Of a stretch of 64,000 nucleotides of DNA, positions 49,726-59,310 are shown in pieces. The stretch is taken from IMG/VR virus record IMGVR_UViG_3300050120_000361, positions 124,001 to 188,000 of that record; one strand, 5' to 3'. The position numbers were made by a program, and so were the translations under genes. Numbering within the stretch: the first letter of the stretch is position 1; each line of letters opens with the position of its first letter. Below the pieces are notes generated by a model. That model saw only the letters and a list, made by a program, of their open reading frames with translations. It searched no databases and was not told where the DNA came from.

Positions 49726-49866
49726 ATGAGCAACGAAGAAAACAAAAACCAGCCGGAAGAGAAAGAAGAGATTGTGTCCCTCAACGAGGACAGCAAGTCC
49801 CACCAGCACGACGCAGCCTCCTACGAGAAGCTGATGAATGAGCAGAAAGCCGAGCAGGCTAAATAA
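49726..49866 (+). CDS. 46-aa charged peptide not listed in the ORF track
   Basis: ATG after an A-rich leader; MSNEENKNQPEEKEEIVSLNEDSKSHQHDAASYEKLMNEQKAEQAK; followed by a terminator. Confidence 0.6.
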   Translation: MSNEENKNQPEEKEEIVSLNEDSKSHQHDAASYEKLMNEQKAEQAK

Positions 49867-49892
49867 GGCAAACCCACCCCAATAAATCCAGG

Positions 49893-49920
49893 AAGGCGCC
49901 GCAGTGATGCGTCGCCTTTT
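49893..49920 (+). terminator. intrinsic terminator
   Basis: AAGGCGCCGCA-GTGA-TGCGTCGCCTT followed by TT. Confidence 0.6.
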
Positions 49921-49941
49921 GATGGTTAAAAACACCGCTGA

Positions 49942-51474
49942 ATGCTGATAGACTACACCCAAAAGAAGGATAGCATTGAAATCTCCTACGTCAATGAGGC
50001 TAAGAACATTGTGGTGGAGAACCTCCCGCTCAAGAAGGGCTATTACAGGTACGTGGCCTGTGAGGATTGGGACAGGGACAGGATTGAGGGGCTTCGCTCA
50101 TTCAAGGCTAACAGCGCCATAAAGAGGGAGCCGGCCAAGTACTTCCAGAACCACAACATAAACGAGTTCTTCACAAGGGACCTGCGCGACGACTACCCAG
50201 AGGTGTACGAGCGCACCTCGCAGCTGAACGTTCCGAACCCGTACTCGGTCGACATAGAGACGGAGATAACCGACAAGTACGGGTACTCCACGCCGGAACG
50301 GGCCGAAAACCGCATACTGTCCATAGCCATAACCGACATCAACCTTAACTCCATACTCTTCATACTCAAGAACCCGAACCAGCCGACATTCGGCGAAAGC
50401 GACAGGCTTGAGATAAGGGGGGTTATAATGAACGCGCTCGGCGCGAGCTTCGCCAACAAGTACGACTACGAGTTCGACATTAGGGTGTTCGACACGGAGG
50501 GGGAGATGCTCAGCGTATTCGCGGAGTGCGTCAACAAGTACTTCCACAGCATGATAGGCTGGAACATTGAGCTTTTCGATTGGGTTTGGATAATCAACAG
50601 GATGGAGAAGAACGGAATAGACCTGCGCAAGATGTCGCCAACCTTTAGGAAGATAACCAAGCGCTTCAAGCGCAAGGACGGAACAGAGGTGAAGGTAGAC
50701 TTTCCGGCGCACAGGCCGGTCATAGACTATATGGACCAGTTCAAGGGAAGTCTCATCTACAACAACCTCGGCTCCTACTCGCTGGACTTCGTTTCAGAGC
50801 TGATACTCAAGCTGAAGAAGGTGATGTACGACGGCAACCTGCGCAAGCTGTACAACGAGCAGTACAACAGGTTCTGCGGTTACGCCTTCATGGACACCAT
50901 ACTCGTTATGCTGAACCACAAGGCCACCAACCTATACAACGTGGACTTCTTCGAGTCTTACTTCAACAACATACCGTACGCGAAGATAAGCCAGAACGCC
51001 ATATCCGAAGCACTCGTTTACAATGAGCTGCGCCCAGAGGGGATATTCCTTCTCTCGTCCGAATTCAATACGCCAGTGAAGCGCAAGTACAAGGGCGGTT
51101 ACGTGAAGACGCCTACAAAGAAGCAGATACTCGCCGGGGCGGGGCTCGACTTCAGCGGGCTCTACCCGAACAGCATGATTTCCATGTACCTGTCCCCGGA
51201 CGGAAAGGTGGACTCCATAGAGATAGACGAGGACACGTGGGAGCCGCTCAACGACCGAGAGATGCAGAAGTGGCTGAAGTACAAGGAAATGGGCTACACG
51301 CTGACTCCAATGGGCAGGATATACGACGGCACCACCGACAAGCTCTTCGTGCGCATTGAGAAGAAGCTCATAGCCCAGCGCAAGATATTCAAGGGGCACG
51401 CCGAGGACATCTACCTGAACATAACTCCCAAGCTCGAGAAGCTCATAGCCAAGAAGAAATTGGAACTCGCATAA
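49942..51474 (+). CDS. gp43A: family B DNA polymerase, N-terminal fragment (3'-5' exonuclease, motif A, first fingers helix)
   Basis: ExoI DIETE, ExoII GWNIELFD, ExoIII YAFMD, YKGGYV, motif A DFSGLYPNSM. Confidence 0.9.
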   Translation: MLIDYTQKKDSIEISYVNEAKNIVVENLPLKKGYYRYVACEDWDRDRIEGLRSFKANSAIKREPAKYFQNHNINEFFTRDLRDDYPEVYERTSQLNVPNPYSVDIETEITDKYGYSTPERAENRILSIAITDINLNSILFILKNPNQPTFGESDRLEIRGVIMNALGASFANKYDYEFDIRVFDTEGEMLSVFAECVNKYFHSMIGWNIELFDWVWIINRMEKNGIDLRKMSPTFRKITKRFKRKDGTEVKVDFPAHRPVIDYMDQFKGSLIYNNLGSYSLDFVSELILKLKKVMYDGNLRKLYNEQYNRFCGYAFMDTILVMLNHKATNLYNVDFFESYFNNIPYAKISQNAISEALVYNELRPEGIFLLSSEFNTPVKRKYKGGYVKTPTKKQILAGAGLDFSGLYPNSMISMYLSPDGKVDSIEIDEDTWEPLNDREMQKWLKYKEMGYTLTPMGRIYDGTTDKLFVRIEKKLIAQRKIFKGHAEDIYLNITPKLEKLIAKKKLELA

Positions 51475-51513
51475 ACAAACAAATCATTCAAACCATAAAA
51501 GCAAAAATTCATC

Positions 51514-52377
51514 ATGTCACAGGAACAGACAACACCAGAACAAACAGCAGGAGCGCAGCCAGCGGCTCCGGAACAGACATCAAACATCCAGGAAAGCGTA
51601 GACAAGACCTTCCAGCAAATGGGCGCAGTTACCGACGACGTGCTCGGCACGGCGGAGGCCGACATAGCGTCGCAGAACCAACAGCCTCCTGCGCCGGAAC
51701 CAGCCGCAGAGAATGCCGCTGCGGAACCAACGCCTGAGCCAGCTTCGGAAACTATAACTGAGCCTGCTCCTGAGCCAGCACCGGAAACTATAACTGAGCC
51801 TGCGCCTGCACCGGAACCAGCGCCTGAAACTATAACTGAGCCTGCGCCTGAAACTATAACTGAGCCAGCGCCTGAAACTATAACTGAGCCTGCGCCTGAG
51901 CCTGAAACCCAGCCAGGTGATGACGCAAACGACTTAGGCGGAGACAATTCGGGTAATGAAGCCGGTGAAGACGTTGATGCCGACACCGACCCGGGCAGTT
52001 CAAATACGGCCGCTCCTGAAACCAACCTTCCGCCCGCCACAACAGGAGACGAAGATGAAGACCAAACCCGAGACGAAAGCCTTATCGAGCGCGCAGAGGA
52101 TTGGGTTGAGGACAAGTTCGAAAAGCTTAAGGAGGAAGGCGAGGAGTTCTACGCGAAGGTTAAGGCAATCGTGGAAGAAAACCACTTCTTCTCTAATCTG
52201 TCATGCGGCGCCTGGTTCAAGAAGGCAGAGATAACCGTTGAGGACCTTCTCGGCTTCCACAAGGAATTCTCAGCCGAGGGCGCGCAGAACGAGAACCATC
52301 AAATACTCCTTGACACAATAGCTACCAAAGCCCCTGCGCCTGACGCCGAGACTGAAGAGGACGACGCCACCAAATAA
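51514..52377 (+). CDS. acidic Pro/Glu/Thr-repeat protein
   Basis: APETITEP tandem repeats; low complexity. Confidence 0.7.
   Translation: MSQEQTTPEQTAGAQPAAPEQTSNIQESVDKTFQQMGAVTDDVLGTAEADIASQNQQPPAPEPAAENAAAEPTPEPASETITEPAPEPAPETITEPAPAPEPAPETITEPAPETITEPAPETITEPAPEPETQPGDDANDLGGDNSGNEAGEDVDADTDPGSSNTAAPETNLPPATTGDEDEDQTRDESLIERAEDWVEDKFEKLKEEGEEFYAKVKAIVEENHFFSNLSCGAWFKKAEITVEDLLGFHKEFSAEGAQNENHQILLDTIATKAPAPDAETEEDDATK
51690..51908 (+). repeat. coding tandem repeat (GAAACTATAACTGAGCC core, five copies, with AP/EP spacers)
   Basis: Direct repeats visible in DNA and protein. Confidence 0.85.
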
Positions 52378-52401
52378 CATTCACCACCATACAATAACCT
52401 T

Positions 52402-52434
52402 ACAAGGCGCGGGCAGGTACCGCGCCTTGTTTTT
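52402..52434 (+). terminator. intrinsic terminator
   Basis: ACAAGGCGCGG-GCAGGTA-CCGCGCCTTGT followed by TTTT. Confidence 0.75.
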
Positions 52435-52465
52435 CCAAAGAACAGTGTAAACGTACCGCAACCGT

Positions 52466-53443
52466 ATGGATAACAATAACATAATAATAAAGAACTTCAA
52501 CCTCTCGCAATTCTCAAGGCTTCTCAACCAGTCCCTGCAGGTTACAAACCAGATAATGATGGAGTTCCGCGACGGCCTTCTCAAGTCCTGCTCGTTCTCT
52601 TCAACCAAGTCATTCGTCAAGCTTTGGACCATACCCATGGAGACGCTGATAGTGGTGGACGAGGCCCAGAAGGAGATGTTCGACGTTGAGGCCGCCAAGC
52701 GTGAATTCGCCGAACTGAACTTCAACTTCTACATACTCAAGGGGGACCTTTTCAAGAAGTTCATAAGCGTGCACAATCAGGAGAACGTTGACATAGAGTT
52801 CACGATAGCAATAGTGGAGGGCAAGAAGCAGGCGAGCTCCCTGACAATATCGGGAAAGAGCGAGCAGGGCTCGGCGCTTAAGACTACTTTCATCCTGACC
52901 ACGGAGGAGCTAATACTAAACAAGGTGTCCGACTATCAGTCGATACTCCAGCAGTGCTCCCCAGACCCCGACATGATGGAGATAATGTTCGTTGACGAGC
53001 AGATACAGGAGATAAAGGGCCTCATACGCAAGCTGCACAAATCGGTGAGCGACAACTCCAAGTACCTAACATTCACTGTGGACCACAAGTGCATTCGCGT
53101 AAATGACAAGGTTTTCAATGTGGAGTACCCGCTAAACAAGGAAATGATTGAGAAGAACACCATTAAGGGCAAGCTGCTCAGGGAGGGTGAGACTCTTTCA
53201 TTCAATATACTGAAGGGCGACTTCATCATAACAGGCGACCACACCTTCAACTTCTTCACATCCCACGACAGCGAGAAGGTAATAATACTCGGCAAGTACG
53301 GCAAGGCGATAATCCTGTGCCTGACAACAAAGGTCAGCGAGACACGCGACAGTTTGTCCTCCGCATCCGACGACATGCTCGGCGATTTGGACCTGAACGA
53401 GTACGGCTTCGATATACTCGAGGACAACCAGAGCTACGCCTGA
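52466..53443 (+). CDS. possible DNA sliding clamp / polymerase accessory protein
   Basis: Two-domain helix/strand pattern reminiscent of gp45/PCNA; acidic tail; lies between the polymerase halves. Confidence 0.4.
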   Translation: MDNNNIIIKNFNLSQFSRLLNQSLQVTNQIMMEFRDGLLKSCSFSSTKSFVKLWTIPMETLIVVDEAQKEMFDVEAAKREFAELNFNFYILKGDLFKKFISVHNQENVDIEFTIAIVEGKKQASSLTISGKSEQGSALKTTFILTTEELILNKVSDYQSILQQCSPDPDMMEIMFVDEQIQEIKGLIRKLHKSVSDNSKYLTFTVDHKCIRVNDKVFNVEYPLNKEMIEKNTIKGKLLREGETLSFNILKGDFIITGDHTFNFFTSHDSEKVIILGKYGKAIILCLTTKVSETRDSLSSASDDMLGDLDLNEYGFDILEDNQSYA

Positions 53444-53485
53444 TAGGGCTGGCGGATAACACTGATAACAACACAATAATGGAAA

Positions 53486-54757
53486 ATGTCGCAAAACCAA
53501 TTCTCACAAAGATACCTTGAACTCAAAAAACTCACAGATGATGATGAATACCTCGACAGGCTGAGCGTTGACGAGCTTACCAAACTGTTGGCCGAAACGG
53601 AGGCCACCAGACAAGAGTACAAGAACTTGGAGCTTATAGTGAAGCGTGACGCGAACTCGCTCTACGGCACTGCGGCTTCCATATACTTCTCCTTGGGTGA
53701 CTTCGACCTGGCAGAGGACATCACAACGGTTGGGAGCTGGCACTACACCCGCCTTGTGGACAGGGCCATAAACAACTTCTTCAAGGCCTGGGGCGAAGAG
53801 GAGCTCGCGAAGGTTCAGGAATTCTACCCGCAGGTAAGCGAGCTTAAGAGGTTCACCCAATACGTGCCTGACAGCGTGAACGACATATGCGTCTACGGCG
53901 ACACGGACTCGAGGTACATGGACATAGGCATGGTTTACCAGCTTATGGGTATTGAGCTCCCCAGGTACGATGCCGAAGGCGACAGGGAACTTTCGGATTT
54001 TGTGCTGTTCCTGATGGATAATTTCATAAACGCCCTGATAAAGAAAACCATAGGCGACGACATAGATAAGCGGAACGGAAATCCGGGCTATTTGAAGATG
54101 ACGCACGAACGTACCACGAGAAAGGGCGTTTTCCAGGCCAAAAAGAAATACGTGCTCGCTGACATATACAAGGACGGTAAGTTCCTTGACAAGCCGACCC
54201 TTAAGGAGGTTGGCGTCGAGCTGCGTAAGGGCGAGCTCAATGGAAGAATAAAGAAAATCATACGCACATTAATTGAGAAGTTCATGCTCAAGGGCTATGA
54301 TGTGGTCATGCTCCGCAACGAAACGGTGAAGATAATCGACTACATCAAGATGCGCAAGGAGAAGGACTGCATCTACAGGATAACGGCTGTCAGCGGCCTG
54401 CAGGGCGTAGTCAAAAACGAGAAGAACGTTTGGGTGTGCCCGAACAAGAGCCATTTCCAGATTAAGGTGGCCCTCTCCTGGTACAACTTCGTAGAGAAGA
54501 ACAACCTGTGGGACGAGTACAAGCCGCCTTTCGAGGGCCAGAAGATGAACTTCTACTACGGCAGGGACGCGCAGGTGATAGCTGTTCCGGACGATATAGA
54601 CATAACTAAGGTTCCTTTCCTGCCCGAACCGGACTGGAACCTAATGCTAAACGCGATTTTAATCAAACCGCTCCTAAGATACATATACGAGGACAAAAAA
54701 GTGTCCGTGGAGGACATAGAGAATTTCCTACTCAACATAAAGCAATTGAAATTTTAA
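53486..54757 (+). CDS. gp43B: family B DNA polymerase, C-terminal fragment (motifs B and C, thumb)
   Basis: K...NSLYG, YGDTDS, KKKY, G.E motifs. Confidence 0.9.
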   Translation: MSQNQFSQRYLELKKLTDDDEYLDRLSVDELTKLLAETEATRQEYKNLELIVKRDANSLYGTAASIYFSLGDFDLAEDITTVGSWHYTRLVDRAINNFFKAWGEEELAKVQEFYPQVSELKRFTQYVPDSVNDICVYGDTDSRYMDIGMVYQLMGIELPRYDAEGDRELSDFVLFLMDNFINALIKKTIGDDIDKRNGNPGYLKMTHERTTRKGVFQAKKKYVLADIYKDGKFLDKPTLKEVGVELRKGELNGRIKKIIRTLIEKFMLKGYDVVMLRNETVKIIDYIKMRKEKDCIYRITAVSGLQGVVKNEKNVWVCPNKSHFQIKVALSWYNFVEKNNLWDEYKPPFEGQKMNFYYGRDAQVIAVPDDIDITKVPFLPEPDWNLMLNAILIKPLLRYIYEDKKVSVEDIENFLLNIKQLKF

Positions 54758-54769
54758 GAAACAACATAA

Positions 54770-56590
54770 ATGAAACAGAACCTTAATACCGCTTTTTTGG
54801 GCCCAAACAGCTATCCTGCAGTGGTAGGCTCAATTTACGACGCTCTTAACGAGGCCGTATGCGACACCACAGCAGGAAACGAATTGGTCAGAGAGGCCAT
54901 TCAGAAAATGAATGAGTCCACTACCCCGGTATTGGACCTTAAGGATTTCACAACAAACGCCGAAAAGGTAGCACCGAACGACACCAAGCTAATGGACGTA
55001 ATCGACTTCGCCCGCAAGCAGGTGAAGGGGGGAGACCTGAACTGCCTGATAAACATAGCCAAGGAGGAGCACATCCAGGAGCAGAGCCGCACCGGCATGC
55101 CAACCCCGGAGGCTACAATAAAGAACTGGGAAGAGATAATGAACAAGCCATCGAGCGTAATCGAGGAGGGCATAAAGAACGGCCTGTTCAAGGGCCTTGA
55201 CTCCAAGCTTTACATGGAGCTTGAGAACATAATCTCCGAAGACGGAAAGAACAAGTCGAAGAACAAGGTGGTAGCCCCGCAGGACCACCACGAAGGCAAC
55301 GTGCTGAACGAGTCCGCCACGCTGCTGTCACCTACCGGCAATATAGCAATATACGCCCCAATTGGCGTTAGGATGGAGGACCCCAAAAACAACAGAATAC
55401 TGATGCTTACTGAGAACGCCGTGCTCACGTACGACCGCGAGAATGAGACGTTCTTCTCCCTGAACGAGAGTGAGTACAAGGACCTTAACATCCCTGACCG
55501 CCACCGCAGGCTGATGACCGCCCTGCAGACTCTTCCGTTCGACGCCGAGAAGCAGGTGTTCTCGCTTAACGAGTCATGGGATTTCGGCCTGTCCCTCAAC
55601 GACAACGGAGGAGTGGTACTTTCAAGGAACGGCAAGTCAACTGAGATGAAAAGCGAGGATGTTCCAAACTTCCTAATGGAGTCCATAGACATATACGCCG
55701 GAGAGAACAGCAACAAGAAATTCGACAGGGTGCGCTTCGCCGCGGATGCGGACAATTTCGTAATGCTAATGGAAAACCACGACAGGCTGCAGCGCCTTGA
55801 CAAGCTCCGCACCATACGCAACCTCGAGGACGGCAAGTACATCATGGTTGACACCCGCACCGAAATGGTCCCAGTGTTCATAACCTCCTCAGAGGGTCCG
55901 AAACTGTTCGAGTCGTACGAGGAGCTTACGCGCGAGGGCATGTCTGTGCTTAACGAGTCCGTTGAGGCGATATTCACGCCGCACCTTCAGCGAGAGCACG
56001 CGTTCTACAAGAACCAAAAGGAAATCATACGCACCCTGAACGAGTCGCAGCACGAGATAAACCACCTGATAAAGAAGACCACCAAGCTCCGCGACATGGC
56101 CGATGAGGACAGTCCGGCTATGGACCTCCTGAACGAGCAGGACGCCAAGCTGCGCGGCGGACTTGAAAAGAATATGAAGGCCCTTGACCGCGTGGTGAAC
56201 ATGGCCACCCCATACGGGATGTCGCTTAACGAGGCCGTGCAGTCAATAACCGTTACCGACTTTTCAGAGTACATTTCCACCACTCCGCTCACTCCCATAA
56301 AGGACGTGCTGACTGGGACAAAAATAGCGGAATTCGTTGCACGTCTGGGCAACACCGGAATGGTGCACGCGCTCGTGTCCGACGACATGAGCAACTACCT
56401 GCTGTGCTACCAGGACGCGAACACCGCGAATTGGGTAATAGACCTTTGGACGCCAATAGACGGCTATTCAGAGGAGTTCCAACAGAACAACTTCGCCGGC
56501 AGGGAAGAGGCATTGGGCTACGTTGAGAACATAAGCGAAGGAGTCGCAGCGGCGCTCAAGTCCGAACAGGCCCTCGCCAAAGCGGCTTAG
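54770..56590 (+). CDS. LNE-repeat protein, candidate prohead core / internal head protein
   Basis: Eight LNE tripeptides plus MNE, LME, LFE, LTE variants; coiled-coil segment. Confidence 0.55.
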   Translation: MKQNLNTAFLGPNSYPAVVGSIYDALNEAVCDTTAGNELVREAIQKMNESTTPVLDLKDFTTNAEKVAPNDTKLMDVIDFARKQVKGGDLNCLINIAKEEHIQEQSRTGMPTPEATIKNWEEIMNKPSSVIEEGIKNGLFKGLDSKLYMELENIISEDGKNKSKNKVVAPQDHHEGNVLNESATLLSPTGNIAIYAPIGVRMEDPKNNRILMLTENAVLTYDRENETFFSLNESEYKDLNIPDRHRRLMTALQTLPFDAEKQVFSLNESWDFGLSLNDNGGVVLSRNGKSTEMKSEDVPNFLMESIDIYAGENSNKKFDRVRFAADADNFVMLMENHDRLQRLDKLRTIRNLEDGKYIMVDTRTEMVPVFITSSEGPKLFESYEELTREGMSVLNESVEAIFTPHLQREHAFYKNQKEIIRTLNESQHEINHLIKKTTKLRDMADEDSPAMDLLNEQDAKLRGGLEKNMKALDRVVNMATPYGMSLNEAVQSITVTDFSEYISTTPLTPIKDVLTGTKIAEFVARLGNTGMVHALVSDDMSNYLLCYQDANTANWVIDLWTPIDGYSEEFQQNNFAGREEALGYVENISEGVAAALKSEQALAKAA

Positions 56591-56638
56591 GATTTTACAC
56601 AAGAGGCCTTAGGGTCCGATAACAGATGATGACCAGAG

Positions 56639-57004
56639 ATGCCCCCTAAACCCGCAAAATCCAAGTCAAAATACTACATACCACCAGAGGAATTCCATGC
56701 AGAGTACAGGCTCTCCCAGGAAAAGGGAGAGCCCACGCGGAAACTGCTTCTGATGTTCGAAAAGATCGCCAAGCGGTACTCTACCAAGTTCAAGTGCGTA
56801 AACAAGCTAGACACGGACAGCTGCGTAAACTACGCGCTTACGGAGGCCTGGCTGAAGTGGGACAAGTACGACGAGACGCGCTCGAAGAACATATTCTCAT
56901 TCTTCACGGAAGTTATAAGCAACGACCTCGCGTACCACCACAACAAGATTACCAAGTACAAGGACCATATAAGCATTGACGTGCTTTTCGCAAACCACCA
57001 GTAA
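56639..57004 (+). CDS. gp55: late transcription sigma factor, gp55-like
   Basis: YYI..EF, KIA..Y, KYD..RSKN.FSFFT.VI motifs. Confidence 0.75.
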   Translation: MPPKPAKSKSKYYIPPEEFHAEYRLSQEKGEPTRKLLLMFEKIAKRYSTKFKCVNKLDTDSCVNYALTEAWLKWDKYDETRSKNIFSFFTEVISNDLAYHHNKITKYKDHISIDVLFANHQ

Positions 57005-57016
57005 TACTGACACGCA

Positions 57017-57667
57017 ATGATGCTCAACCCGGCCACCGACAAGTTTTTGTTGGAATTCTCGTCCGACTTCTTCCCGACCTCGCTAACGCAGAAGTACGAC
57101 AACTACATGTTCCACATGAACGGTCCTGTCAAGTACCTGCAGGCGCACATCATGGAGACCATCCAGAGCGTGAACATACCCGGATGGAACGTGCAGACCA
57201 CGGAGACTAAGGGGCTGAACAACCTACGCAACGTCCCTGGGGCCGGCATGGGGAACAGGCCTGGGCAGTTCCCATCCAATACGGTTAATAGAACCTTTGC
57301 GGGTTCGGCTCCGATAAACGAGATCGTGGACGGCAACATTGTGAACATCACCTTCAGGAACTCCATACTCAATTGGATGTACCTGTGGGAATGCCTCAGG
57401 GGCTACTACGACAGGACGCGTTCGCTTAACGAGTTCAGGATAACAATGACTATAATGGACGCTGCCGAGATACCGCTGCTTCAGTTCATTTTCTCCGACT
57501 GCTTCGTGGCTGTGATGCCCGGTCTCGAGTTCTCCTTCGCGCAGTCCTTCCGCGAGGCCAAGACCATAGACGCCGGCTTCATCTTCAACAAGATTGACGT
57601 GAACTTCATGATACCCGGCTTCAAGCTGTCAAACGCCCAGTACCCAATCAACCAGCCGCAGCAATGA
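57017..57667 (+). CDS. tail completion / tube terminator, gp3-like
   Basis: FLLEF...IQSVNIPG and F.FSDCF tube-fold motifs. Confidence 0.6.
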   Translation: MMLNPATDKFLLEFSSDFFPTSLTQKYDNYMFHMNGPVKYLQAHIMETIQSVNIPGWNVQTTETKGLNNLRNVPGAGMGNRPGQFPSNTVNRTFAGSAPINEIVDGNIVNITFRNSILNWMYLWECLRGYYDRTRSLNEFRITMTIMDAAEIPLLQFIFSDCFVAVMPGLEFSFAQSFREAKTIDAGFIFNKIDVNFMIPGFKLSNAQYPINQPQQ

Positions 57668-58110
57668 CCAATCAGACGTACATGGACATTGAGAACATGT
57701 TCATCGATAACATTGAGGACGTTCCAATCATAGACATTGTCAGGTACTCTCCGGACATGCCAATGGACGCGCTGATGTACAGGTACTACGGGGGCAACCC
57801 GATAGACGCGAACGGAGTTGACCAGACAATGCAGTACCTGCCGCTAGTCCTAACCTTCAACAACAGGCCGGACATTTCAAGGATAAACTACGGGGACCTG
57901 ATAAAGTTCCCGGACATTGCGGCTCTCATAGTCTCGATACTTACGCTGGACCTTGAGACCTCGCTTCCCGGCGTGGTGACCACGCAGCAGAACGCCGCGG
58001 TCACCCAAAACAGGACAAGCTCTGGAAACTCCACCACGGCCATGCCTAAGATAGGCGTCACGCTTCCGCAGGTTAACTACGACCAGACCACAGGCATAAT
58101 AACATTCTAA
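57664..58110 (+). CDS. baseplate wedge protein, gp53/LysM-like
   Basis: D.L.YRYYG ... L.FNN..D...I..GD.I.FP. Confidence 0.6.
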   Translation: MTNQTYMDIENMFIDNIEDVPIIDIVRYSPDMPMDALMYRYYGGNPIDANGVDQTMQYLPLVLTFNNRPDISRINYGDLIKFPDIAALIVSILTLDLETSLPGVVTTQQNAAVTQNRTSSGNSTTAMPKIGVTLPQVNYDQTTGIITF

Positions 58111-58116
58111 CCGGAA

Positions 58117-59310
58117 ATGGCGATAATAGTAAAACCGACCATAGCCGTTGGAAACATACAGATACAAGCGGACCCAAACGCCGCCGAGTCTGTGCAGAAC
58201 ATTCTCGACAATTGGGGCGCAAGCATGCCTGTTGTCAAGATAAATGATTATCCGCTCGCCGCCGGCGAGCTTTTATCGTTTAGGCTGGACGTCAAGTTCG
58301 GCACCATACCGTCCTTCGGCATGGAGGTGTACGACTCGAACTACACGGTGCGGAAGGCGCTCAATGACACCATAATAGATACGGGCGTTGTGTTCATTGG
58401 GTACAGGAACTGGTACATCAAATTCAACGCTCTTTTCACGGTTTCGGTTTCTGACGCCGGGGACACCAACATAAACATTGACGGCATCGTGTGGGCGCCC
58501 GCGCTTCACGACAATTTCCAGGCGGGCTACACCAACAGGACCGTTCAGGACATACTCGCCGACATTTGCGGCAGAACCGGAACTGGCCTGTTTACGGTCA
58601 ACGGCCCAAAGCTGTCGCAATCGCTGGATAACTGCCTTAATGCGAGCTGGAAGGGACTGAATTTCCTGAACTTCGTAGTCAACAAGTACACCAATTGCCT
58701 TTGGGCAATGGACCCAATGTACACGTTCCACGTGGTGGATTGGGAGCAGCTCCAGAGCCAGCCTCTTGACCAGTACACTCTCGGCGAAAAGGGCGCTATT
58801 GTTCCGGCAACGGACATGGTGCTCACCACGCACCTCTGGCCGGACGACACGGACTCTGGAAAGCTGATGGTAAAGTGGTTCACGATAAACACCAATTTCG
58901 GCAAGGCTAACATAGACACGCCGCTTTCCATGGCCACGTACTTTGAGGGAGGGCAGAACGGAACGGACGAGGTAGACGAGGACACCACGGACCAGTTCGG
59001 CACATCGGCGGCGAAGGCCAACTCGTTCTACGGCTTCAAGGCGCAGCACCACCCGTTCCACAATGAAATGGCCGCCAAGCTGATAGCTGGTAAGAGCATA
59101 ACCTGCGAGATGGAGAACATAATATACGAGATAACGCCGTTCTCTCAGGTGAATTTTGAGGCTTGGCTGCCGCAAAGGAACGACACACCTACGGTGATGG
59201 ACACCGAGAACTCGGGGCGCAAGACCGTTATAGGCTACGCGTTCCACTTCAACAGGAAAACCGACACTACGCTGTATCCGATAGTGCGCCAGACAATTGA
59301 TTTGGTCTGA
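58117..59310 (+). CDS. baseplate hub protein (gp27/GpD-like)
   Basis: Y...TVQDILADIC motif; size and position after the gp53-like gene. Confidence 0.5.
   Translation: MAIIVKPTIAVGNIQIQADPNAAESVQNILDNWGASMPVVKINDYPLAAGELLSFRLDVKFGTIPSFGMEVYDSNYTVRKALNDTIIDTGVVFIGYRNWYIKFNALFTVSVSDAGDTNINIDGIVWAPALHDNFQAGYTNRTVQDILADICGRTGTGLFTVNGPKLSQSLDNCLNASWKGLNFLNFVVNKYTNCLWAMDPMYTFHVVDWEQLQSQPLDQYTLGEKGAIVPATDMVLTTHLWPDDTDSGKLMVKWFTINTNFGKANIDTPLSMATYFEGGQNGTDEVDEDTTDQFGTSAAKANSFYGFKAQHHPFHNEMAAKLIAGKSITCEMENIIYEITPFSQVNFEAWLPQRNDTPTVMDTENSGRKTVIGYAFHFNRKTDTTLYPIVRQTIDLV

Noticed and set aside
51690-51908. Possible CRISPR array
   Set aside because: The repeats are in-frame coding units without unique spacers, and no cas genes are present.
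51411-52115. Minus-strand GAGSVIVS repeat ORF
   Set aside because: It is the reverse complement of the APETITEP repeat; the + strand gene has the leader and terminator.
51474-53486. Intron or split intein interrupting the polymerase
   Set aside because: No Cys/Ser...His-Asn intein termini and no group I/II intron features; the gap holds two ordinary genes and a terminator.
53640-53670. Atypical polymerase motif B (KRDANSLYG) as a sign of modified-base DNA
   Set aside because: The catalytic K, N, S, Y and G residues are intact and no base-modification genes are in the window, so the idea is too speculative.
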